Shown piece after piece: positions 52,801 to 64,000 of a stretch of 64,000 nt of DNA. Each line of letters begins with the position of its first letter. Within the stretch, counting starts at the first letter, position 1. The position numbers and the translations under genes are program-made. The stretch comes from Auanema rhodensis (lineage: Eukaryota > Animalia > Nematoda). The stretch is from assembly GCA_964057225.1 (NCBI GenBank), contig OZ059894.1, positions 19,468,001-19,532,000 on the forward strand, in the 5' to 3' direction. The notes beneath the pieces are model-generated. The model had not been told where the DNA came from. It saw only the letters and a program-made list of their open reading frames with translations, and did not search any database.

Positions 52801-55800
52801 ATACTACATTGAGAAACGCTTAATACAAAAATTAGTTATGATCGTTTGAAAAATGATGCGTTAGTGTATGTTGAGTTTCCATGTACACTCAACATTGCTT
52901 CCAAAAACATTTTGACAAAAATTTTTTCGAAAAATTTCGAAAAAATTTAGCAAAAAGTAGATGTTTTTAGATTCCATTTTTCAAGGCAAAGACGATGGAC
53001 AATGTTATTCAACGAAAAAATTAATTTTTCAGGGTGAAAATCGAGGATATAAGTGTGAACTTATATCAGTTGATATCTCGGTGCATTTTTAAGCTAGCGC
53101 AAATCTGATAACACAGATCGACGCAGCTTAAAAATCCGCATCGAATGCACTATACTACATTGAGAAACGCTTAATACAAAAATTAGTTATGATCGTTTGA
53201 AAAATGATGCATTAGTGTATGTTGAGTTTCCATGTACACTCAACATTGCTTCCAAAAACATTTTGACAAAAATTTTTTCGAAAAATTTCAAAATAATTTA
53301 GCAAAAAGTAGATGTTTTTAGATTCCTTTTTTCAAGGCAAAGACGATGGACAATGTTATTCAACGAAAAAATTAATTCTTCAGGGTGAAAATCGAGGATA
53401 TAAGTGTGAACTTATATCAGTTGATATCTCGGTGCATTTTTAAGCTAGCGCAAATCTGATAACACAGATCGACGCAACTTAAAAATCCGCATCGAATGCA
53501 CTATACTACATTGAGAAACGCTTAATACAAAAATTAGTTATGATCGTTTGAAAAATGATGCATTAGTGTATGTTGAGTTTCCATGTACACTCAACATTGC
53601 TTCCAAAAACATTTTGACAAAAATTTTTTCGAAAAATTTCAAAATAATTTAGCAAAAAGTAGATGTTTTTAGATTCCTTTTTTCAAGGCAAAGACGATGG
53701 ACAATGTTATTCAACGAAAAAATTAATTCTTCAGGGTGAAAATCGAGGATATAAGTGTGAACTTATATCAGTTGAGATCTCGGTGCATTTTTAAGCTAGC
53801 GCAAATCTGATAACACAGAACGACGCAGCTTAAAAATTCGCATCGAATGCACTATACTACATTGAGAAACGCTTAATACAAAAATTAGTTATGATCGTTT
53901 GAAAAATGATGCATTAGTGTATGTTGAGTTTCCATGTACACTCAACATTGCTTCCAAAAACATTTTGAAAAAAATTTTTTCGAAAAATTTCGAAATAATT
54001 TAGCAAAGAGTAGATGTTTTTAGATTCCATTTTTCAAGGCAAAGACGATGGACAATGTTATTCAACGAAAAAATTAATTCTTCAGGGTGAAAATCGAGGA
54101 TATAAGTGTGAACTTATATCAGTTGAGATCTCGGTGCATTTTTAAGCTAGCGCAAATCTGATAACACAGAACGACGCAGCTTAAAAATTCGCATCGAATG
54201 CACTATACTACATTGAGAAACGCTTAATACAAAAATTAGTTATGATCGTTTGAAAAATGATGCATTAGTGTATGTTGAGTTTCCATGTACACTCAACATT
54301 GCTTCCAAAAACATTTTGAAAAAAATTTTTTCGAAAAATTTCGAAATAATTTAGCAAAGAGTAGATGTTTTTAGATTCCATTTTTCAAGGCAAAGACGAT
54401 GGACAATGTTATTCAACGAAAAAATTAATTCTTCAGGGTGAAAATCGAGGATATAAGTGTGAACTTATATCAGTTGATATCTCGGTGCATTTTTAAGCTA
54501 GCGCAAATCTGATAACACAGATCGACGCAGCTTAGAAATCCGCATCGAATGCACTATACTACATTGAGAAACGCTTAATACAAAAATTAGTTATGATCGT
54601 TTGAAAAATGATGCATTAGTGTATGTTGAGTTTCCATGTACACTCAACATTGCTTCCAAAAACATTTTGACAAAAATTTTTTCGAAAAATTTCAAAATAA
54701 TTTAGCAAAAAGTAGATGTTTTTAGATTCCTTTTTTCAAGGCAAAGACGATGGACAATGTTATTCAACGAAAAAATTAATTCTTCAGGGTGAAAATCGAG
54801 GATATAAGTGTGAACTTATATCAGTTGAGATCTCGGTGCATTTTTAAGCTAGCGCAAATCTGATAACACAGAACGACGCAGCTTAAAAATTCGCATCGAA
54901 TGCACTATACTACATTGAGAAACGCTTAATACAAAAATTAGTTATGATCGTTTGAAAAATGATGCATTAGTGTATGTTGAGTTTCCATGTACACTCAACA
55001 TTGCTTCCAAAAACATTTTGACAAAAATTTTTTCGAAAAATTTCAAAATAATTTAGCAAAAAGTAGATGTTTTTAGATTCCTTTTTTCAAGGCAAAGACG
55101 ATGGACAATGTTATTCAACGAAAAAATTAATTCTTCAGGGTGAAAATCGAGGATATAAGTGTGAACTTATATCAGTTGATATCTCGGTGCATTTTTAAGC
55201 TAGCGCAAATCTGATAACACAGATCGACGCAGCTTAAAAATCCGCATCGAATGCACTATACTACATTGAGAAACGCTTAATACAAAAATTAGTTATGATC
55301 GTTTGAAAAATGATGCATTAGTGTATGTTGAGTTTCCATGTACACTCAACATTGCTTCCAAAAACATTTTGACAAAAATTTTTTCGAAAAATTTCGAAAT
55401 AATTTAGCAAAAAGTAGATGTTTTTAGATTCCTTTTTTCAAGGCAAAGACGATGGACAATGTTATTCAACGAAAAAATTAATTCTTCAGGGTGAAAATCG
55501 AGGATATAAGTGTGAACTTATATCAGTTGATATCTCGGTGCATTTTTAAGCTAGCGCAAATCTGATAACACAGATCGACGCAGCTTAAAAATCCGCATCG
55601 AATGCACTATACTACATTGAGAAACGCTTAATACAAAAATTAGTTATGATCGTTTGAAAAATGATGCATTAGTGTATGTTGAGTTTCCATGTACACTCAA
55701 CATTGCTTCCAAAAACATTTTGACAAAAATTTTTTCGAAAAATTTCGAAATAATTTAGCAAAAAGTAGATGTTTTTAGATTCCTTTTTTCAAGGCAAAGA

Positions 55801-58800
55801 CGATGGACAATGTTATTCAACGAAAAAATTAATTCTTCAGGGTGAAAATCGAGGATATAAGTGTGAACTTATATCAGTTGATATCTCGGTGCATTTTTAA
55901 GCTAGCGCAAATCTGATAACACAGAACGACGCAGCTTAAAAATCCGCATCGAATGCACTATACTACATTGAGAAACGCTTAATACAAAAATTAGTTATGA
56001 TCGTTTGAAAAATGATGCATTAGTGTATGTTGAGTTTCCATGTACACTCAACATTGCTTCCAAAAACATTTTGACAAAAATTTTTTCGAAAAATTTCAGA
56101 ATAATTTAGCAAAAAGTAGATGTTTTTAGATTCCATTTTTCAAGGCAAAGACGATGGACAATGTTATTCAACGAAAAAATTAATTCTTCAGGGTGAAAAT
56201 CGAGGATATAAGTGTGAACTTATATCAGTTGAGATCTCGGTGCATTTTTAAGCTAGCGCAAATCTGATAACACAGAACGACGCAGCTTAAAAATTCGCAT
56301 CGAATGCACTATACTACATTGAGAAACGCTTAATACAAAAATTAGTTATGATCGTTTGAAAAATGATGCATTAGTGTATGTTGAGTTTCCATGTACACTC
56401 AACATTGCTTCCAAAAACATTTTGACAAAAATTTTTTCGAAAAATTTCAAAATAATTTAGCAAAAAGTAGATGTTTTTAGATTCCATTTTTCAAGGCAAA
56501 GACGATGGACAATGTTATTCAACGAAAAAATTAATTCTTCAGGGTGAAAATCGAGGATATAAGTGTGAACTTATATCAGTTGATATCTCGGTGCATTTTT
56601 AAGCTAGCGCAAATCTGATAACACAGAACGACGCAGCTTAAAAATCCGCATCGAATGCACTATACTACATTGAGAAACGCTTAATACAAAAATTAGTTAT
56701 GATCGTTTGAAAAATGATGCATTAGTGTATGTTGAGTTTCCATGTACACTCAACATTGCTTCCAAAAACATTTTGACAAAAATTTTTTCGAAAAATTTCA
56801 GAATAATTTAGCAAAAAGTAGATGTTTTTAGATTCCATTTTTCAAGGCAAAGACGATGGACAATGTTATTCAACGAAAAAATTAATTCTTCAGGGTGAAA
56901 ATCGAGGATATAAGTGTGAACTTATATCAGTTGAGATCTCGGTGCATTTTTAAGCTAGCGCAAATCTGATAACACAGAACGACGCAGCTTAAAAATTCGC
57001 ATCGAATGCACTATACTACATTGAGAAACGCTTAATACAAAAATTAGTTATGATCGTTTGAAAAATGATGCATTAGTGTATGTTGAGTTTCCATGTACAC
57101 TCAACATTGCTTCCAAAAACATTTTGACAAAAATTTTTTCAAAAAATTTCAGAATAATTTAGCAAAAAGTAGATGTTTTTAGATTCCATTTTTCAAGGCA
57201 AAGACGATGGACAATGTTATTCAACGAAAAAATTAATTCTTCAGGGTGAAAATCGAGGATATAAGTGTGAACTTATATCAGTTGAGATCTCGGTGCATTT
57301 TTAAGCTAGCGCAAATCTGATAACACAGAACGACGCAGCTTAAAAATCCGCATCGAATGCACTATACTACATTGAGAAACGCTTAATACAAAAATTAGTT
57401 ATGATCGTTTGAAAAATGATGCATTAGTGTATGTTGAGTTTCCATGTACACTCAACATTGCTTCCAAAAACATTTTGACAAAAATTTTTTCGAAAAATTT
57501 CAGAATAATTTAGCAAAAAGTAGATGTTTTTAGATTCCTTTTTTCAAGGCAAAGACGATGGACAATGTTATTCAACGAAAAAATTAATTCTTCAGGGTGA
57601 AAATCGAGGATATAAGTGTGAACTTATATCAGTTGATATCTCGGTGCATTTTTAAGCTAGCGCAAATCTGATAACACAGAACGACGCAGCTTAAAAATCC
57701 GCATCGAATGTACTATACTACATTGAGAAACGCTTAATACAAAAATTAGTTATGATCGTTTGAAAAATGATGCATTAGTGTATGTTGAGTTTCCATGTAC
57801 ACTCAACATTGCTTCCAAAAACATTTTGACAAAAATTTTTTCGAAAAATTTCAGAATAATTTAGCAAAAAGTAGATGTTTTTAGATTCCATTTTTCAAGG
57901 CAAAGACGATGGACAATGTTATTCAACGAAAAAATTAATTCTTCAGGGTGAAAATCGAGGATATAAGTGTGAACTTATATCAGTTGATATCTCGGTGCAT
58001 TTTTAAGCTAGCGCAAATCTGATAACACAGATCGACGCAGCTTAAAAATCCGCATCGAATGCACTATACTACATTGAGAAACGCTTAATACAAAAATTAG
58101 TTATGATCGTTTGAAAAATGATGCGTTAGTGTATGTTGAGTTTCCATGTACACTCAACATTGCTTCCAAAAACATTTTGACAAAAATTTTTTCGAAAAAT
58201 TTCAAAATAATTTAGCAAAAAGTAGATGTTTTTAGATTCCATTTTTTAAGGCAAAGACGATGGACAATGTTATTCAACGAAAAAATTAATTCTTCAGGGT
58301 GAAAATCGAGGATATAAGTGTGAACTTATATCAGTTGATATCTCGGTGCATTTTTAAGCTAGCGCAAATCTGATAACACAGAACGACGCAGCTTAAAAAT
58401 CCGCATCGAATGCACTATACTACATTGAGAAACGCTTAATACAAAAATTAGTTATGATCGTTTGAAAAATGATGCATTAGTGTATGTTGAGTTTCCATGT
58501 ACACTCAACATTGCTTCCAAAAACATTTTGACAAAAATTTTTTCGAAAAATTTCAGAATAATTTAGCAAAAAGTAGATGTTTTTAGATTCCTTTTTTCAA
58601 GGCAAAGACGATGGACAATCTTATTCAACGAAAAAATTAATTCTTCAGGGTGAAAATCGAGGATATAAGTGTGAACTTATATCAGTTGATATCTCGGTGC
58701 ATTTTTAAGCTAGCGCAAATCTGATAACACAGAACGACGCAGCTTAAAAATCCGCATCGAATGCACTATACTACATTGAGAAACGCTTAATACAAAAATT

Positions 58801-59499
58801 AGTTATGATCGTTTGAAAAATGATGCATTAGTGTATGTTGAGTTTCCATGTACACTCAACATTGCTTCCAAAAACATTTTGACAAAAATTTTTTCGAAAA
58901 ATTTCAGAATAATTTAGCAAAAAGTAGATGTTTTTAGATTCCATTTTTCAAGGCAAAGACGATGGACAATGTTATTCAACGAAAAAATTAATTCTTCAGG
59001 GTGAAAATCGAGGATATAAGTGTGAACTTATATCAGTTGATATCTCGGTGCATTTTTAAGCTAGCGCAAATCTGATAACACAGATCGACGCAGCTTAAAA
59101 ATCCGCATCGAATGCACTATACTACATTGAGAAACGCTTAATACAAAAATTAGTTATGATCGTTTGAAAAATGATGCGTTAGTGTATGTTGAGTTTCCAT
59201 GTACACTCAACATTGCTTCCAAAAACATTTTGACAAAAATTTTTTCGAAAAATTTCAAAATAATTTAGCAAAAAGTAGATGTTTTTAGATTCCATTTTTT
59301 AAGGCAAAGACGATGGACAATGTTATTCAACGAAAAAATTAATTCTTCAGGGTGAAAATCGAGGATATAAGTGTGAACTTATATCAGTTGATATCTCGGT
59401 GCATTTTTAAGCTAGCGCAAATCTGATAACACAGAACGACGCAGCTTAAAAATCCGCATCGAATGCACTATACTACATTGAGAAACGCTTAATACAAAA

Positions 59500-62400
59500 A
59501 TTAGTTATGATCGTTTGAAAAATGATGCATTAGTGTATGTTGAGTTTCCATGTACACTCAACATTGCTTCCAAAAACATTTTGACAAAAATTTTTTCGAA
59601 AAATTTCAAAATAATTTAGCAAAAAGTAGATGTTTTTAGATTCCTTTTTTCAAGGCAAAGACGATGGACAATGTTATTCAACGAAAAAATTAATTCTTCA
59701 GGGTGAAAATCGAGGATATAAGTGTGAACTTATATCAGTTGATATCTCGGTGCATTTTCAAGCTAGCGCAAATCTGATAACACAGATCGACGCAGCTTAA
59801 AAATCCGCATCGAATGCACTATACTACATTGAGAAACGCTTAATACAAAAATTAGTTATGATCGTTTGAAAAATGATGCATTAGTGTATGTTGAGTTTCC
59901 ATGTACACTCAACATTGCTTCCAAAAACATTTTGACAAAAATTTTTTCGAAAAATTTCGAAATAATTTAGCAAAAAGTAGATGTTTTTAGATTCCATTTA
60001 TCAAGGCAAAGACGATGGACAATGTTATTCAACGAAAAAATTAATTCTTCAGGGTGAAAATCGAGGATATAAGTGTGAACTTATATCAGTTGATATCTCG
60101 GTGCATTTTTAAGCTAGCGCAAATCTGATAACACAGAACGACGCAGCTTAAAAATCCGCATCGAATGCACTATACTACATTGAGAAACGCTTAATACAAA
60201 AATTAGTTATGATCGTTTGAAAAATGATGCATTAGTGTATGTTGAGTTTCCATGTACACTCAACATTGCTTCCAAAAACATTTTGACAAAAAATTTTTCG
60301 AAAAATTTCAAAATAATTTAGCAAAAAGTAGATGTTTTTAGATTCCTTTTTTCAAGGCAAAGACGATGGACAATGTTATTCAACGAAAAAATTAATTCTT
60401 CAGGGTGAAAATCGAGGATATAAGTGTGAACTTATATCAGTTGATATCTCGGTGCATTTTCAAGCTAGCGCAAATCTGATAACACAGATCGACGCAGCTT
60501 AAAAATCCGCATCGAATGCACTATACTACATTGAGAAACGCTTAATACAAAAATTAGTTATGATCGTTTGAAAAATGATGCATTAGTGTATGTTGAGTTT
60601 CCATGTACACTCAACATTGCTTCCAAAAACATTTTGACAAAAATTTTTTCGAAAAATTTCAGAATAATTTAGCAAAAAGTAGATGTTTTTAGATTCCATT
60701 TTTCAAGGCAAAGACGATGGACAATGTTATTCAACGAAAAAATTAATTCTTCAGGGTGAAAATCGAGGATATAAGTGTGAACTTATATCAGTTGAGATCT
60801 CGGTGCATTTTTAAGCTAGCGCAAATCTGATAACACAGAACGACGCAGCTTAAAAATCCGCATCGAATGCACTATACTACATTGAGAAACGCTTAATACA
60901 CAAATTAGTTATGATCGTTTGAAAAATGATGCATTAGTGTATGTTGAGTTTCCATGTACACTCAACATTGCTTCCAAAAACATTTTGACAAAAATTTTTT
61001 CGAAAAATTTCAGAATAATTTAGCAAAAAGTAGATGTTTTTAGATTCCTTTTTTCAAGGCAAAGACGATGGACAATGTTATTCAACGAAAAAATTAATTC
61101 TTCAGGGTGAAAATCGAGGATATAAGTGTGAACTTATATCAGTTGAGATCTCGGTGCATTTTTAAGCTAGCGCAAATCTGATAACACAGAACGACGCAGC
61201 TTAAAAATCCGCATCGAATGCACTATACTACATTGAGAAACGCTTAATACAAAAATTAGTTATGATCGTTTGAAAAATGATGCATTAGTGTATGTTGAGT
61301 TTCCATGTACACTCAACATTGCTTCCAAAAACATTTTGACAAAAATTTTTTCGAAAAATTTCAAAATAATTTAGCAAAAAGTAGATGTTTTTAGATTCCT
61401 TTTTTCAAGGCAAAGACGATGGACAATGTTATTCAACGAAAAAATTAATTCTTCAGGGTGAAAATCGAGGATATAAGTGTGAACTTATATCAGTTGATAT
61501 CTCGGTGCATTTTCAAGCTAGCGCAAATCTGATAACACAGATCGACGCAGCTTAAAAATCCGCATCGAATGCACTATACTACATTGAGAAACGCTTAATA
61601 CAAAAATTAGTTATGATCGTTTGAAAAATGATGCATTAGTGTATGTTGAGTTTCCATGTACACTCAACATTGCTTCCAAAAACATTTTGACAAAAATTTT
61701 TTCGAAAAATTTCGAAATAATTTAGCAAAAAGTAGATGTTTTTAGATTCCATTTTTCAAGGCAAAGACGATGGACAATGTTATTCAACGAAAAAATTAAT
61801 TCTTCAGGGTGAAAATCGAGGATATAAGTGTGAACTTATATCAGTTGATATCTCGGTGCATTTTTAAGCTAGCGCAAATCTGATAACACAGAACGACGCA
61901 GCTTAAAAATCCGCATCGAATGCACTATACTACATTGAGAAACGCTTAATACAAAAATTAGTTATGATCGTTTGAAAAATGATGCATTAGTGTATGTTGA
62001 GTTTCCATGTACACTCAACATTGCTTCCAAAAACATTTTGACAAAAAATTTTTCGAAAAATTTCAAAATAATTTAGCAAAAAGTAGATGTTTTTAGATTC
62101 CTTTTTTCAAGGCAAAGACGATGGACAATGTTATTCAACGAAAAAATTAATTCTTCAGGGTGAAAATCGAGGATATAAGTGTGAACTTATATCAGTTGAT
62201 ATCTCGGTGCATTTTCAAGCTAGCGGAAATCTGATAACACAGATCGACGCAGCTTAAAAATCCGCATCGAATGCACTATACTACATTGAGAAACGCTTAA
62301 TACAAAAATTAGTTATGATCGTTTGAAAAATGATGCATTAGTGTATGTTGAGTTTCCATGTTCACTCAACATTGCTTCCAAAAACATTTTGACAAAAATT

Positions 62401-62800
62401 TTTTCGAAAAATTTCAGAATAATTTAGCAAAAAGTAGATGTTTTTAGATTCCATTTTTCAAGGCAAAGACGATGGACAATGTTATTCAACGAAAAAATTA
62501 ATTCTTCAGGGTGAAAATCGAGGATATAAGTGTGAACTTATATCAGTTGAGATCTCGGTGCATTTTTAAGCTAGCGCAAATCTGATAACACAGAACGACG
62601 CAGCTTAAAAATCCGCATCGAATGCACTATACTACATTGAGAAACGCTTAATACAAAAATTAGTTATGATCGTTTGAAAAATGATGCATTAGTGTATGTT
62701 GAGTTTCCATGTACACTCAACATTGCTTCCAAAAACATTTTGACAAAAATTTTTTCGAAAAATTTCAGAATAATTTAGCAAAAAGTAGATGTTTTTAGAT
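59500..62800. repeat. 5-monomer (1755-bp) higher-order repeat, about 2 copies
   Basis: Variants recur at +1755: 59759/61514, 60293/62048, 60461/62216 and 60796/62551. Confidence 0.85.
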
Positions 62801-64000
62801 TCCTTTTTTCAAGGCAAAGACGATGGACAATGTTATTCAACGAAAAAATTAATTCATCAGGGACAAAATCGAGGATATAAGTGTGAACTTATAACAGTTG
62901 ATATCTCGGTGCATTTTTAAGCTAGCGCAAATCTGATAACACAGAACGACGCAGCTTAAAAATCCGCATCGAATGCACTATACTACATTGAGAAACGCTT
63001 AATACAAAAATTAGTTATGATCGTTTGAAAAATGATGCATTAGTGTATGTTGAGTTTCCATGTACACTCAACATTGCTTCCAAAAACATTTTGACAAAAA
63101 TTTTTTCGAAAAATTTCAGAATAATTTAGCAAAAAGTAGATGTTTTTAGATTCCATTTTTCAAGGCAAAGACGATGGACAATGTTATTCAACGAAAAAAT
63201 TAATTCTTCAGGGTGAAAATCGAGGATATAAGTGTGAACTTATATCAGTTGATATCTCGGTGCATTTTTAAGCTAGCGCAAATCTGATAACACAGATCGA
63301 CGCAGCTTAAAAATCCGCATCGAATGCACTATACTACATTGAGAAACGCTTAATTCAAAAATTAGTTATGATCGTTTGAAAAATGATGCGTTAGTGTATG
63401 TTGAGTTTCCATGTACACTCAACATTGCTTCCAAAAACATTTTGACAAAAATTTTTTCGAAAAATTTCAAAATAATTTAGCAAAAAGTAGATGTTTTTAG
63501 ATTCCATTTTTTAAGGCAAAGACGATGGACAATGTTATTCAACGAAAAAATTAATTCTTCAGGGTGAAAATCGAGGATATAAGTGTGAACTTATATCAGT
63601 TGATATCTCGGTGCATTTTTAAGCTAGCGCAAATCTGATAACACAGAACGACGCAGCTTAAAAATCCGCATCGAATGCACTATACTACATTGAGAAACGC
63701 TTAATACAAAAATTAGTTATGATCGTTTGAAAAATGATGCATTAGTGTATGTTGAGTTTCCATGTACACTCAACATTGCTTCCAAAAACATTTTGACAAA
63801 AATTTTTTCGAAAAATTTCAAAATAATTTAGCAAAAAGTAGATGTTTTTAGATTCCTTTTTTCAAGGCAAAGACGATGGACAATGTTATTCAACGAAAAA
63901 AATAATTCTTCAGGGTGAAAATCGAGGATATAAGTGTGAACTTATATCAGTTGATATCTCGGTGCATTTTTAAGCTAGCGCAAATCTGATAACACAGATC

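Larger units (their letters stand above)
1..64000. repeat. Satellite DNA array: about 182.3 head-to-tail copies of a 351-bp AT-rich monomer, running off both window edges
   Basis: CAATGTTATTCAACG recurs at 1, 352, 703 ... 6319, then 6668, 7019 ... 63179, 63881. The period is 351 with one 2-bp phase shift. All copies have the same orientation, differ by a few substitutions, and have no unique sequence between them. Confidence 0.99.

Noticed and set aside
1-64000. CRISPR array or integron-like cassette array
   Set aside because: There are palindromic motifs but no unique spacers or cassettes. The entire 351 bp is repeated, and no cas or integrase genes are present.
1-64000. Pure assembly or concatemer artefact (rolling-circle or collapsed repeat)
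   Set aside because: Structured, nested, position-dependent variant sharing and the near absence of random indels fit a real evolving array. Local misjoins cannot be excluded.
1-64000. A single fixed higher-order repeat, or an information-bearing code in the variants
   Set aside because: Periods change along the array (3, 5, 10, 12/13, 14, 16, 19) and are explained by successive local duplications. The two 19-monomer offsets involve unrelated haplotypes, and one decomposes into 16+3.

Overview
The whole 64 kb window is one uninterrupted, head-to-tail tandem array of an AT-rich 351-bp monomer (about 32% GC by hand count; 182 complete copies plus a 120-bp partial copy). This is eukaryotic-type satellite DNA, most plausibly (peri)centromeric or heterochromatic. 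I found no genes, RNA genes, CRISPR spacers, transposon insertions or inversions. The four 63-aa ORFs are monomers in which a single substitution removed a TAG stop codon, and they start at TTG. Copies differ by only a few substitutions, and only one copy changes length (349 bp, 6319-6667). Shared rare variants show many local higher-order duplications at offsets of 1, 3, 5, 10, 12/13, 14, 16, 19 and 31/32 monomers, and a switch of variant family at about 8 kb. The monomer is dense in inverted repeats: a 9-bp stem with a GTGA loop, a 67-nt hairpin, a second 9-bp stem, an A/T palindrome and a loose 120-bp dyad. I cannot name the organism or satellite family from sequence alone, and nothing here supports a novel protein-coding system.
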